64,000 bases of DNA, taken from NCBI GenBank assembly GCA_012295275.1, contig CM022677.1, positions 14,198,001 through 14,262,000 of the forward strand, written 5' to 3'. The translations under genes were made by a program, and so were the position numbers. The notes below the pieces were generated by a model that saw only the letters and a list, made by a program, of their open reading frames with translations, ran no database searches and had not been told where the DNA came from. How positions within the stretch are numbered: the stretch's first letter is position 1; each line of letters begins with the position of its first letter. This stretch comes from Chrysomallon squamiferum (taxonomy: Eukaryota > Animalia > Mollusca). Shown piece by piece: positions 12,880 to 26,825 of the stretch.

Positions 12880-14745
12880 ATGTATGTTGTGAAGACCGTT
12901 CTACTTTTAGCGTTCTGCAGATTATGTCTGGGCAACATTCACCCATTACCAGCCTCCGAGGTTCGAGATAAACACCGAATACATTTTCGATCAAACGCTT
13001 TGTCAAAGAAGGTAGTGTTTTTAACAGGCTACGAAATCATTAATTTTTACTTCTGTCTGAAGAAAACAAGCTCGGTAAAAATCTCCAGTTTACGATACTC
13101 CAATGGCAACGATGCTGAAGTCATCACAGCAGTTTTAAACCAGAAGAAAATGGCATCCATTGTCACCATATCACCAGAAACAGCTGGAGATAACTGGAAT
13201 GTTTTTCATTCCAGTACCGAGATGAAAGGATCAGTAATACTGGAAAGAGGTTGGTATATTTTAAAGCTTCAGGTTCACGGATCTGATGGAGTGGAACTGA
13301 ACACAGTCAGTCTAGATATTGATGACAGCAGTCTCGCGCAGGACATGCTGCAGTGTAAACTTCACTGTACGAGTGATCTGCCCCGTCTGAACTCTTCGCC
13401 TCAAATTAATGTTGACAAAAAAGCTGAACTTAGACAGAAAAGTTACCCATCTAAATGTGCGGAAGAGGACAACGTGAAAATACCAGTATACCTCGACAGC
13501 GTGAAAGAATACAAACTAATAGCTACTCTACCAGTGTATAAAGCTTTTGTAAACAGAAGAGAACCAAATAATACTGATTGTGTTGCTTTGTCTCCTCTCT
13601 ACTGGAGTTTTACCCACCTCTGTTTGAATAAAACAAATAATCATTTATTTTCCAATTCGGCCACTTTGAAAGTGTATCCAGGACCTCATACATCGAAAAT
13701 AGCCGTAATTGAAATTTCATTCGTATTAAAAGGAAGATCAGAAGGTTACATAGATGCTGATATTGGGTCAGTCTTCAGTCTAAAAATCAAATCAGTGACC
13801 TCATTTGTAAAATTACAGGTTTCATACAGAGACAGAAACAAAAATTTAATTGCGCTCAAAGAAACTGGTTTACAACCCGGGAAAACTGACGTCGATTGGC
13901 AAATCCCAAACCTTTCTTGGATCGAACACAACGTAAATCTGATCAAAATTTCATTATCCGCACAGGATGTATTTTCCATTTGTATCGAAGAAATAAAATT
14001 GGAAAGAAAACCTATGAAACCTGAAAAATATTTTCCTATATACACCAGTAACGAGTTCACTGTTATAGGTGTTGATATAGACTTTTGGTGGAGAAATCCG
14101 GAAACCATGAAAGTATATGTAAAAAATACTGACAAGCTTTATAGAAAAGTAGACTATTTTAAAATAATTCTTCCAGTTCCTTGGTCAGAGGGTTACAGTG
14201 AGACACTTGTTATCTATCAAGATGGAAACGTACGCCTGCTGCCCCTCCCTCCTGCAGGATTAGACTGGATTCCGTTTGGAACATCAGTTGTGGTTGGAAC
14301 ATGTGATGTTGACCTGATCAGACCTGCTGCTCCCATTGATCAAGTGGATATCGACGTCGATAAACGAGAGCTGAAGATTCTTTACAGAAATGGAGAAAAA
14401 GCAAAGCTGACGTTGATTTCGAAAGTGGACAGAACGGAACTCGTTGTTTCTGATCTCATATTTAAACAGTCCAGTAAGGGATTTCCATTTGCCACATTCC
14501 GATCAATGTACGTCGACGAGGGCAACACAGACAGCGACAGCATCATGGTGGACAGCTCCAGCGTGTTCGGCGTCATGGAGAACCTGAATGGTGTACATGG
14601 AAAAACGTTTACACTTTTCAGAAGATGCGAATCCAAACATCTGACTCTCAGTCCGGATATCCATCTGGAGTTATTGCGCACGCGCTACTCAGTATTGTTG
14701 TCAGGTAATCAGTCAGTTTTAAATAACATGACAGTTCACATGTAA
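12880..14745 (+). CDS. Uncharacterised secreted protein, 621 aa, uninterrupted ORF; N-terminal region resembles a CBM6/CBM35-like beta-sandwich
   Basis: Long uninterrupted ORF in very AT-rich DNA, with signal peptide MYVVKTVLLLAFCRLCLG and AATAAA at 14831. The pattern LRYSNG...GDNWNVF...LERGWYILKLQV...DGVELNTV recalls carbohydrate-binding modules (by eye only). Confidence 0.88.
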   Translation: MYVVKTVLLLAFCRLCLGNIHPLPASEVRDKHRIHFRSNALSKKVVFLTGYEIINFYFCLKKTSSVKISSLRYSNGNDAEVITAVLNQKKMASIVTISPETAGDNWNVFHSSTEMKGSVILERGWYILKLQVHGSDGVELNTVSLDIDDSSLAQDMLQCKLHCTSDLPRLNSSPQINVDKKAELRQKSYPSKCAEEDNVKIPVYLDSVKEYKLIATLPVYKAFVNRREPNNTDCVALSPLYWSFTHLCLNKTNNHLFSNSATLKVYPGPHTSKIAVIEISFVLKGRSEGYIDADIGSVFSLKIKSVTSFVKLQVSYRDRNKNLIALKETGLQPGKTDVDWQIPNLSWIEHNVNLIKISLSAQDVFSICIEEIKLERKPMKPEKYFPIYTSNEFTVIGVDIDFWWRNPETMKVYVKNTDKLYRKVDYFKIILPVPWSEGYSETLVIYQDGNVRLLPLPPAGLDWIPFGTSVVVGTCDVDLIRPAAPIDQVDIDVDKRELKILYRNGEKAKLTLISKVDRTELVVSDLIFKQSSKGFPFATFRSMYVDEGNTDSDSIMVDSSSVFGVMENLNGVHGKTFTLFRRCESKHLTLSPDIHLELLRTRYSVLLSGNQSVLNNMTVHM

Positions 14746-15266
14746 AACCTGTTAGCGCTTATGTTTATAATTATATTAAGTTTCAGATTTCCAGTTCACA
14801 GTCTTATGTGTGAAACAGTTTCTTTGCTGAAATAAAACAAGTTTATTTTTGCATTCAGCTGTCTTAGATTAAGCTTACATTTGGCATTAATTTGTACTAG
14901 ATATAAGATTTTAGAAAAAGAGATTGCGTTGGGCATCAGCTAAAGTGAACATAACAAAAAATAGAAATGATAATAATAATGTTTCCTTACTGAGTAATGA
15001 TTTACTTTCACAGTGGTAACAAGTCTCCTAGCACATTCATGATTTGTTCACCGTTGGCAACAAGCTTCAAACATGGATGTTTTGGGATATTTATTCAGAA
15101 TATCTAAACAAATGAAAACAATTATTAAAATTTGAAAGTTTCCCCAAAATAAAGATTCTTGTGTTTATAACACTGTTTAATAACACTAATTACCATAGTC
15201 AAGTCATTGATCATTATCAGAATTGCTAAAGCAAGTTCATTTACACTCATAAACAGCTTTTTTATG

Positions 15267-15945
15267 GTATCAGGTCAATTGCCCCCTGGACACTGCCCCT
15301 AAGGACAACTGCCCCCATTTTTCTTCAAATATACCATTCAAAGTTATTTTTAAGCAACATTCCAATAAATTCGTCAAAGCTACCTAGAGTCAGCTAATTA
15401 CTAATTGAACTTGATCAGAGGCATTTGGATTACTTTGATCTGTTAAAACGTCTGCTGAAACATATTATCAAAAATCATCTAACACCAAAGCTAACGAAAG
15501 TCAGTTAATTACTAATTCAGGTTAATTAAATGCTAAAGATTCCTTTGATTTGGCAACTGATCAATAATTAAGACGAATGAGACAGTACATAAGGTCATAG
15601 CGTCAGAGAATGGTCATCCAAAACTTGCGTTCGAAAACTATGTGTATGTCCGACAGAAGGAACTCAGTGGTGCAGTGACTTCTTATGAGTGTGAAGGAAG
15701 AAGACAACACGCTTGTAAAGCTAAACTGAACTGTGATTGGATGCTTCTTTCATCTGGCGCCAAGTTCAACTCATTAGTCTAGCAGTTCGTTACAATACTG
15801 ATGAAGATTTTGCTTTACTGATCCGTCAGCTGGAATTGCATTCGTTCCAGTGCATGAAGTGACGGCAGCTTTTGAAGCGCTATCAGAAGCTGATGACCAT
15901 AACTCTGTATTACAAATACTTGAGGACAACTTCATCGGTTTAAAG
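15267..15945 (+). mobile_element. Deleted FLYWCH/MULE transposon remnant (mirror at ~55370-56092)
   Basis: Terminus gtatcaggtcaattgccccctggacactgcccc...ggacaactgcccc. FLYWCH-like peptide GHPKLAFENYVYVRQK...YECEGRRQHACKAKL, and MULE-like GCFFHL and AFVPVHEVTAAFEAL. Confidence 0.65.
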
Positions 15946-17253
15946 TAAGTGCTACCAAGATAGATTAAGATGACTGCCTCCTATTGGGAGCTTTCGTTAG
16001 CAGTGGCAACTGTATGGTCGGTCATGTGACATTACCACATATGGCAATTGCAGCCTGGAATTTAAAGGGGGGACATAGCAAAGATTGCACTTAGGTCTTG
16101 GACACTGCAGGACCTTAAACACTTCTAGAGAAGGTGGCGACACTGGTGTTGTTTGTTTTCTGTTCTTTTTGTTTTTTTCGTACTGGCTTCATGTTTTTTT
16201 GTTCTCCAACTCTAGAATTTTTATTATGATTTGTTTTATGACTCTGTTTCTCCTCCTTGGAGATGCCACAGTTACCATATTGTAAATGTTAACATTGCTG
16301 TAGCAGAAATTACCTAATATTAAAGCCCTTTGTTTAGACAGTCATATATATTACGAATATATATTATACGTACAGCTAGCTAAGAGATCCGCTTGCTTCC
16401 CCTCACCGCCCAGTTACATTCTCGCGTCAGAAGTGGGATTTTAAGTCAATTAGGACTGAACCCGGACATTTAGAAATTAAGTGAAAGACGGCCAATGGGC
16501 TCACGTGACCAGGCATAGACAAGATTTGATGTTGACGATTATGCGAGACTACATGGTTGACGTCACGAGATTCCCAACTGAAGGGGGTTACCAAATTGAT
16601 CCAAATTGATCCAAGAACATTTACATTTTTTTCACATGAATATTGGATAATAATAATAATAATAAAAATAATAATATGTTTATGTAACTAAGATATACAG
16701 TATACAGTATATTAAGTTCAGTGTATGTTATAACCATTGGTAAACATTTCTTCAGGTCTACCTGTAGTTGGGATTGTGTAAAATATTATTTTATATTCCA
16801 GTGAATAATAGTTTATAAGTTAATATGGAGCTTTTGGAGAAATAAATAACTAAAAACATGTTCATTTCAGACAATTGCAGTACTTTCCGATTCCAGATGC
16901 ATCTATGAATGATTTTGGAAAAATCACGTTCTTTATAAATAATATGTCATGTGGCATAAGCCGTGAATTGTAACCGGAAGTGGGAGGAGTTTTCTCCGAG
17001 AAGTAAAAATTATATCGATTAGCGTTATCTCCCTTTCGTGATATGTGTTCACAAACATAGAGTTATCTCCCTTTAGTGATATGTGTTCACAAACATAAAT
17101 TAGAGTTATGTCCCTTACGTGAGATGTACTCACTAAGCTTACATAAGCTAATTATCCCTACGGGATAAATGGAACCTCCAAAACGCCGTACCGCCGAGAT
17201 TCGATCCACGATACTGGAAAAATCACGTTCTTTATATATAATATGACATAACC

Positions 17254-19878
17254 CAGTGTTTCTCAACCTTTTTTTACTCTCAACATACCTACGAGCGCAT
17301 GAAACTGTCGCGACACAGTAATAATCTTAAATATTTATGATGAAATCGTAAAATAAATTAAAAAATACATATATGGACTTGTCTGATACAGTTTATTATG
17401 TTAGTATCCCAGAATTGCCACTTACCTAGTGTGAAACTTGTGCCTGGTGTTGTCTTATGACTTCTTGAATATTTGGTCGTATGTGCGATAAGCAAACTCT
17501 CATTTCTTCTTCAGTGGAACGTAGTCTTTCTTTCTTCTTATTTTTTATATTATTTAAGGTTGAAAAGCCCAATTCACACAAATAAGGAGTAGAGAACTGT
17601 AAAAGAACTAACAGGGCTTTTTCAGCTAATGCGGGAAATTCCTTTTGTATTGAAATCCAAAATGTGTCGATATCTACCTCAGAATGCTTTATTTTAAGAC
17701 TGCGGTCACTTGAAATGGTAGCCAATTCTTCTTCTTCGCATAATTTAAACCCAATATTAGAAGGAACATCTACAAAAGGATTACAAACCCAGTTGTACTT
17801 TTCAGTGTTCAGCGACGGAAAGTAGTGGTCGATGTTTTCTTCGAGCGCTGTCAGATGCTCAACCACGATAGGGATCATTTCTTTAGTGCAGTTAGTACGC
17901 ATTGTAGGAAACATATCAAACCCACCCAACTTTGCTGTGTTTTTCCAAATAACAATTTTCTTTTTAAGGGCAACCAACTTATCTGTCGAAGTTAGAATAT
18001 TTTCGTTTCGACCTTGCATACTACTGTTCACAATATTACGTTGACCAAATATTTCCGTTAAATATTCCATTTTGGCTATCCAAAATTCACATCGAAGATA
18101 TTTACAAAATCTTTCGTGCTTTTCTTTATCAAAAAATATTATTAATTCCTTCTGTAATTCATGAACGCGAGTTAACACTTTACCCTTTGACAGCCATCGA
18201 ACGTCGGTATGCATGAGTAAGCGAACATGTTGAGAATTGACAATTTCAACTACTTGATGTAACACTTGCTTCAAATCTTCTTGTGATACTTTTGAAACCA
18301 AAACTTCTCTATGTAAAAAGCAATGAGTACGAACAAGATTTGGATTTTCTTTCTGTGCTAGTGATGCAAAACCTTTAATGCAGCCTACCATACATGGTGC
18401 ACCATCAGTACAAATACCAACACAAAACTTCCACGTCAAATTCATTTTTTTATGATAGCCAGTTATCATATCAAACATATCTTGACCTCTAGTAGTTGTT
18501 GGCATTTCTTTACAACACAAAAACTGATTATTTCATCATCATTAATGAAACGAACAAATACAAGCAATTGTGCACTGTTACTGATATCGGTCGATTCATC
18601 AACTATTAAAGCAAATTTAGATCCTTCAAGTTTTTTCTGAACATTAGTTTCAATGTTTTCAGATAAATCTACAATTCTCCTGTGTATTGTATCATTTGAA
18701 AGCGGAATTTTACTAATTTCTTTTTCAACTGTTTCGCCTAACATGGATTTCACCATCTTTTTACAAGCGGGAAGGATAACTGACTCAGCAAGAGTGTGGG
18801 ATTTGGATTTCATTGCTATTATTTCAGCTATCTCAATTGAAGCGAGTTGAGCCCGTTCAGACACGGTCATTGTTTTCTGAAAAACATTGCGTTGCTTTGA
18901 TTGCTGTTGTAACAGTCTTTGAAAATAATTAGATCTTTATCTTGTAGGCAGGAATGTTTAGTACCATGATTCATTGGCCATTTTTTCACCACAAACTATA
19001 CATAATGGACATGGTTGAGCAACATCTCCTGACCAAGAAAATCCAAACTTCAAATAATCAACACAATACCGTCTATTATGGTGAACTTTTGCCGTTTTTG
19101 TGCTGGATTGTGTGGGCTTCATTGTATGTTCTGTTTCAACCTCACACCCCATCACTAACATCCTTCCTTTTAACAAATGTATCCATTGTGAAGGGGTATT
19201 CATAAGCAATTAACACGCGCGTACTCTAAACAACAACAGTAAACAACAGGCAGTGTTAAACTGATCCGTGTGTCAACGGTCAACCTCCTGTGTCAAACTG
19301 GAACATTAAGTAGTGTTCAAACATTTTTTCACTCAATCACCTTCTGAAATATATGGTAAAAACTAACCTTTATTCTACCAATGCAATAACAAAAACTGAA
19401 TATCCTTATTTAATTAATTCAAGTATTGCGAGCTAAAAACAATAGTTTGAAAGTACGTGAATAACACTGATTCTGAGCTAAACAAATTGAAAAATATGCA
19501 AGCACAGAAAGCAGCGTTCAGTTCTAGTTATGATTAGTCACAAGCTAATTTAGTTTAAATTCATCTGTAATTTAGAGGTCAAAATTGAGTGTGCAGTACG
19601 ATTGAGTTCGATGTAAGTAAATAGTAAACACTGTTAACTGAACAGATTTGCCGTGACGACAGATTTGCATAATTTCTTAACTAGGTTGGTGGCCGCCACT
19701 GATTGGTGGACTTTGAATGTGTGCATATTCTTTGGAGAAAGGAAGTTGCTTCCTCCAAGGCATATTAGTAGAACATGAAACCGAGGTGTATGCACATTGT
19801 CCGTGTTTTCAGGTGTTCGTCACAAAGTTTCGCGACACACCTGAGGGAGCCTCGCGACAGAGCGGTTGAGAATCACTG
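17254..19878 (-). mobile_element. hAT transposon, Buster/Charlie (ZBED8/SCAND3-like) type, full length, frameshifted transposase
   Basis: 15-bp TIRs cagtgtttctcaacc / ggttgagaatcactg (14 of 15 match). BED finger CIVCGEKMANES and motifs ALIVDESTD, CTDGAPCM, HCFLHRE, RWLSKG, LCELGFS are spread over three frames (17426-19209). Confidence 0.92.
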
Positions 19879-21719
19879 CTCTAAGTAAATGAATTCATCT
19901 ACATTACAATCCATCAATAACTATCCATGCATCACCTATTCATCTTTACATAACTACTTTACATATCTAGCTTTCTCTGTTACTGTCCATTTATAACTCT
20001 CATTCACAATTCCCATATTTAGCCATCCTTATCACTAGTACATGCATTTTCTTATCACCTATCTACATCTCTATATGTATGTCTATCTATACAATTTGTC
20101 AGTCCATCAACCTACCTAGCAGTTTATATCTGCCTGTTTTTCTTTTATCGTGTAAATCCATTGACATCAGTTACCATCAATACACCAATCAGTCATTTAA
20201 ACATCTCCTTGCCTACATACTTACATATCCACCTTCAAATATCCCTATATTTCTGTATGTGTGCACACATATATACTCAATGTATTCACACACTTCAAAA
20301 AACACAAGTAAATTTACCTTTCAATACACATCTGTATACTAGTCCCTTGTCCAACTTATGCATACCTACACCTGTATGTGTGTGTGTATAGGTGTGTTAA
20401 CTATCTACATATATCTCCATATCAAACTACTGATCTACTGACCTACCTACCTATCTGTCTCTCTGTGTGTCTGCTGTGTGACTGATATATAGAGATAAAT
20501 AGAGATAGATTACATATAAACTTACTATCTATATATATCTATTGATCTACTGACCTACCTACCTATCTGTCTCTCTGTGTGTCTGCTATCTGTTAGATTA
20601 CATATAAACCTACTGAACTACCTACTATCTATATATATATCTATTGAACTACTGACCTACCTTCCTGTCTGTTTATCTATCCACATTACAGATTGATAAC
20701 TATCCATCAATCATCTATCCAACTCCCTATCACACTGCCTAGCTACATATCTAACTAAGCCTACATAGCTACATTACAACCTGTGTATTTTACTGTGTGT
20801 CTACACTCTCAGCCTGGCACACAAACACACGACAGAAAGAAGAAAACACAGAATAGATAGATAGACATGTTTGTCTATCTGCCTAAATTCATCTGTATCT
20901 ATCAATTTACTTGTTAACTTCTACTGATCTAACTGTCTATCAGTCTATCAATATCTCTCTTTCTTTCTGTATATCTTCCTGTGTATCTCTTTACCTGTTA
21001 ACCTCTCATCAGACAGTCAGTCTCATATCTGTCAATCATCTTTTCATTTCTTCAAATGGTTGCTCTGAAGTTATCTTCTAATATTCTTTATGAAAATAAC
21101 ATTGTCTAGCTGTAAATATCATTACTCCACATCTTTTAACTTCTTCTGCACTAATTTCTAATTAGTAACGTAGAAACACACAGATCTTTTGCAGTGTCAT
21201 TAGTCATTACAGTGGAAGTTTTTTGTTCCCTTCCATAATAAATAAGAATCATCCACTTTTAACTATTAGAGAATAATCAATCAACACTGATGTGTATTGT
21301 CAACAACTTTTCTGTCTGGAAACTGCTGTGGAATGAAAAATCCATAATGTAACCTGTATAGTCTTCTCCATATTCTTGTAACTGAAGCCGATTCCAGAAT
21401 CATGTCTTTCCTGTAGATACAATAATAAAATTTAATAGAATAATTATTTAGAAGTATTTTTTCATTGTCTGTAATGTTAGAAAGACATTATTATAAATAA
21501 ATATCATCCATCTTATTATAATAGGTTTAATAATAAATAACAGATAATTTAAATAAAAATTTAGATCTCTAAAAAAACGATCAATACAACTAAAAAAAGT
21601 GTGTTTTATAAAGATAAGTGAAAATATTTCTTTATGAATGATTTTCTAATACTAAACAAGAAGACTGCATTGATTAGATCAAAATGTGTTAAAGGTAAGC
21701 AATACAAACATAACATGAA

Positions 21720-21765
<46 letters not shown>

Positions 21766-23082
21766 TTTCTCAAGGCTGAAATCCATAACATTGTGAATAA
21801 TCCTCTGAATCTTCAGCACTGACCTGCCTTGTACTGTAAGGGAGAGCGTGAGATCTGAAAACCTCTATTTTTGACCAAGTCTTTAAAAGAAATACAAAAT
21901 CTGACTTGACAGTTTCCACCTGTAAATTGAAAAGTATTCGTTATCATCAGCCTCTGAAAAAATGTGACGCATTTTAGTTAAATAACTAATTTTTGTACTA
22001 CCTCTAATGCATTGAATATGGAAATAAATATTAAAATAAAAAAGTATAAATGGTTTCAAGTACTGTTTTACAACAACGTACTCAGAGCTGTCCGCTATGG
22101 ATTTTTAGAAGAGTAACGTGTCCAGATTATGGTAATATTCATTGGCCAATGTGAATGAAAATTATTTATTTTAATTTAATTTATTTTATTTCATTATTAT
22201 TATTATTATGTTGTTTATTTTTTTGGTGGGCTGGTGACGTCTTAATAATAAATGGAAAAAAATATATCTAAGTAAATAAAGAAATGAAAAAATAAAATAG
22301 TACGAAATGGATACAAGATGGTATGACGTCAAAATCACACACACACACACACAATTAATAATAATTAAAAAAATGTTTCGACCTTTGCAGCAATTACTAC
22401 TCAATAACAGACATCTGTGTATAAGCGGCTATATGATATATTTCTACAAGTTACTTGTAATAATCCATGTAGAATTGATTGCATTATGAAGAAATGCCTA
22501 TTTAAAAGTTTGTGAACACTGATCGGCGTTCGACGCTGCCATCTTGGATTTCCATCGGAACTTTCCGTGTACGCTCGTCATAATTTGTGCCGTTACGAGT
22601 AATCGTTCCTGATGGTCCATGTTACCATAAGTATTCTACTCGAAATTGTAGTCGAATTTACAATATTTTGACGGTCTGACTTTGCTTTTATTATTTTTTA
22701 AAGTTTTATTATTAAATAGGATTCAAATAATATCCTAAATTTATTGTATTGGATATGTGCAAATATACCCAATAATTTCAAATAAAAACAAAATAAATGA
22801 AAAAATGAATCAAATAGGCATTTTAGAATAACACATTAAATAAATCAAAAATAAAGGAACTGGTTATTTAAAAGACAAATAAAACGCATGGAATGTTAAT
22901 AAGCCGGTTCTATTTGCTACAAAATAGTATGCAAAATCAGTTATTTTCATCTAAAAGCAGCAAATCTGAATTATCGTTACCTCGCATTTGCGAGGTGTAA
23001 TCTATTTCAGAAGTTCGTGCTCTACGGGAAATAACGCTATTTAACACATTGGTTATTATACAAAAAAGACTGAGTGTTGAGT

Positions 23083-23127
<45 letters not shown>

Positions 23128-23336
23128 AAAAAGAAGAAATCACCGGGAATAATCATTTCTTACTCTTTTCTTTTCTCCTTGTTTCAGTATTCTTTATTAA
23201 TTATTATTTTATTTATCATTTTAATTAGTATTATTGTAGTTATTGTTGTCGTTTTTATCGTTAATGTCGTTATGTAAGATATTATTATTGTCGTCATTAT
23301 AAACAAAGTAACAGTTATAATAGATAAATAGATTAG

Positions 23337-23369
<33 letters not shown>

Positions 23370-23872
23370 AACATATTATTATTATTGCTTTTTTTTATTT
23401 GTTCAGTTAATTAATTTGCGTTTTATCTCATAGAAAACTTAGCTTGTCGATGTGAAAAATGTTCTTGTTCAAGTAAATGTAACTCAGTTTTCACCATCCT
23501 TCTCACGTTTTCAATTTTAACGCTACGTCTTATTTCTCTCCAGATTATTCCTAGTTGAACATTAATTGTCTAATTATGAATTTAATTTTAACAGTGGATA
23601 ATAGAATATTACTTCCTTGTATAGTCTCCCAATAGTTAATTAAGAATTAATCTGTCACAGCGCAGTTACAGAACTTGTATTATAATATACATGGTTCATC
23701 TCCCTTTTCTCGCCTTTTTACTTTATTTTTAATAATGCCTGTTTAACGTTTCTCAATATTCTAGACTATTCAAGTATTTATATCAAGTATTTATGCAAGA
23801 TAAATATCAACAATATGGAGAAGCTAATTTATCTTAAAGTCGCCTGACACCTCTCGAATGCAATCTACTATC

Positions 23873-23932
<60 letters not shown>

Positions 23933-24108
23933 TAGAAGACATTCAATATTTTCCTTACATATCCTTAATGTTGATTCCTTATTCAACTCGTTAGGTACGT
24001 TATACCAGTTAAGGAAAAACTAAGCTTATTATTTATTTATTTATTTATTTATTTATTATGCGAAACAAAATTGTCTAATATTGTTAATTAAAAAAGAATG
24101 CCTGTATT

Positions 24109-25332
24109 TTTCAATACATAATATTACCGCTACGCCTCTGTTAACAACATAAAACATGTAACATAACTAGTGATGGGGGTCTGTATTTTGAGTATTTACT
24201 GAAACACGAAGCTTTGACGTGCAGTTTTCATAACGCCGTGTAAAATTACTCTTACTTAGCTTTTCAGTGAAACGTGTTGTGATGTTGGTAAAATGAAACA
24301 TGTTCTGATGTTAATCGAATGTCACTGAAGAGTTCTCGATATTTTTGGATTTTACATATAATTCTACTGTTATTTATAAAAACACGCTAATATCACAGTA
24401 ATATCACGTAAAACCTGTAGTGCTACAGTATAAACATAAAAAAAAAAAAAACGTACAACATCAACAACAACAACAGCAAAAGAAAAGAACATATTAATCT
24501 TTATGTGCTTTCTTTACTTTTCAGCATCCATAACTCTTGAAACGTTAACATCATCGCTCCAGTCTGGATGTCAATATATTTTATGACGTAGCTATAGCTT
24601 CACACAGACAAGTAACCTGGAGATATCCACTTTTCAATCCTCTTTATTGACAAACAGAACGTGATGTTGTATTTTTGTATTTATTTTTATTTTTGTTTAC
24701 ATAAAAATAAAAACGTGAAAATGAGCGACACATTTATTTGAGAAGCTCTATGAATAATAATAATAAATAATAAAAATAAGGATGATGATAATAATGATGA
24801 TGATGATGATAATGACGATGATAATAATAAATAAATAAACATTACATAATAAAAAATGTATGGCGTACATTTATTGCAATTTATTATATAGGTCAGAGGT
24901 GTATATTGAAAATATATAATGTCACATTATTATACAATTAAAACTAAATCTCTAAAATTGAATTAATAAAAACAAAACATAATATACTGCAGGGAAATAG
25001 AGTTATGTACCCTTTTTTCAACATTAGCTGAAGTGTTGATACTTGGCTTATATTCCACTGGAGTAATTTAGAAACTGAGAAATAGAGCGAGTTAGATTTC
25101 CAGATCAATGTTTTCAATACATACTATTACCACTATGCCTCTGTTAACAAACATAAAACATGTAACATAAATAGTGATGGCGGTTCTTATTTTCATAACA
25201 ACGTGTAAAATTACTCGTACTTAGCTTTTCAATGAAACATGTTGTGTTAATAAAATTTCACATTAATATGGAAGCGTTCTCGACATTCTGGATTTCACAT
25301 ATAATTCTACTGTTGTTTATAAAAACACGCTA
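24109..25332 (+). repeat. Diverged direct repeat pair (24109-24390 and 25110-25332)
   Basis: Both copies run from tttcaatacata..attacc.cta.gcctctgttaacaa to attctactgtt.tttataaaaacacgctaa. Confidence 0.75.
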
Positions 25333-26255
25333 ACCCGAAACCCCAATCTTCATTTCTGAATGTACACAGTTTTCACAGTAAAATCCTACAGTTATAAAAA
25401 AGATCGAATATTGTTTTTTCTTGTTTTATTGTGTGTTTTTTTCTCTCTTCCGGACAGTAGTAGTAATAGAATAAATTACCATTTTTATAATTCCACACAA
25501 AGTGTTGGATGTATTTTAGAAATATACTTTTTCTAAGCAGGAGAAAGATGAAGGTGATTTTCATTAATTACACCACAGACTGTGTTTTTTATTAGTACCT
25601 GGTAATTCAGTTTTAATAAGTATATTTTAATAAATGTGGTACTTTATACAACTGCTATTGTTTTGTGAAGAAATGTTTGGGTGAAACTTGTGAAGACAAG
25701 TCGGGTTATGCAGACGTGTAGCTGACTGTCTGAATAACACGTGATTCAGTAAAAATACCGCTGGCCAGTTTTGTTCTTCTAAAAATCAGTGTCGAGACAT
25801 AATAAAACTTGTATCTGAGTATTTACTAAAACACGAAACTTTGATGTACTACGAAATTTTTTAGACATAATTTGTGACGCTGGACAAAGTTTATGTTCTA
25901 TAAACAAATAAAATTTCAGTTTTATATGAATAAACTGAGGTTCAACCAAAAATAGAATGATGTAGAACAAAAAATACAACTATTTATTACTGATTATTTT
26001 TCTTAAATAAATAAATAAATTAATTTAATTTTAAAACCGACTGCACAATTTAAATCATGGATGTTGGATATTAATGTTATATGCATTACATATGTATCTT
26101 TCCACTGAAAATTAATAACAAGATTCAAAAATTAAGAGAAAACGATTTTTAAAAAACCATTGATAATATTTTACATTATTCAAACAGTGGTAAATTCTGT
26201 AAACGAAATAGTGAAATAAATTCAAAATATCTGTTTATTGATATGAATATTATTA

Positions 26256-26825
26256 CCGTATATACTTGTGTATAAGTCGAATTTTTGGGAGACTATATTA
26301 AGGTAATATCTTGGGGGTCCACTTATACATAGGTAATGCTTTTGTAGCTGAAGAGTCGCCATTTTGACTATTTTTTGCATCTAAAATAATCGCGGTCTTT
26401 CAGCTTTTTAAAAATATAATTTTATCGTATAATTTTTTTTTAAAAATTAAATAACAAAACCAAATATGAATGTAAAACATGATATTCTTCCGTTTAATGA
26501 CATAAAAATACATCTTAAAGCGAGAAAACCGTCAGTACGGCGTTATGCCTTACGGCGTCTTGCAATGATTTAGGCTATAGCTCGTGTAATACATGCATTT
26601 ACGTTATTATGGTATGTTCGTGCAAGTTACAGCTCGTGCACGTTATGTTACAGTAGGCGTACAATGTAGGCCTTCATGGCACTGTCACACTGGTCTAAAA
26701 ATAGTGACGGTGCCTGGAATCTACAGTCGACTTATACACAAGTAATACCTAAAATGACACAATTTTTGGTCTTAAAATACACATCGACTTATACATAAGA
26801 TCGCCTTGTACACAAGTATATATGG
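26256..26825. mobile_element. Tc2/pogo-like MITE
   Basis: TA-flanked TIRs ccgtatatacttgtgtataagtcga / tcgccttgtacacaagtatatatgg, with internal repeats of tcgacttataca. No coding capacity. Confidence 0.75.

Larger units (their letters stand above)
6613..16876 (+). repeat. Left arm of ~10 kb inverted segmental duplication (partner 54453-64000)
   Basis: Reverse-complement matches throughout, from 6613 ggagaagcccag...ggaatgtccttcctgatt (vs the window end) to 16851 taaaaacatgttcatttcagacaatt (vs 54453). Both arms contain the same gene, TE remnants and microsatellites. Confidence 0.95.

Noticed and set aside
13746-14681. Antisense ORFs within the 621-aa gene
   Set aside because: Shadow frames of a real CDS; their conservation in the copy is explained by the recent duplication.
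17020-17165. Short ~37-bp repeats containing agttatctccct
   Set aside because: Only a few degenerate units of a motif also seen elsewhere in the window (e.g. ~25000, ~37737); no evidence of an array-based system.
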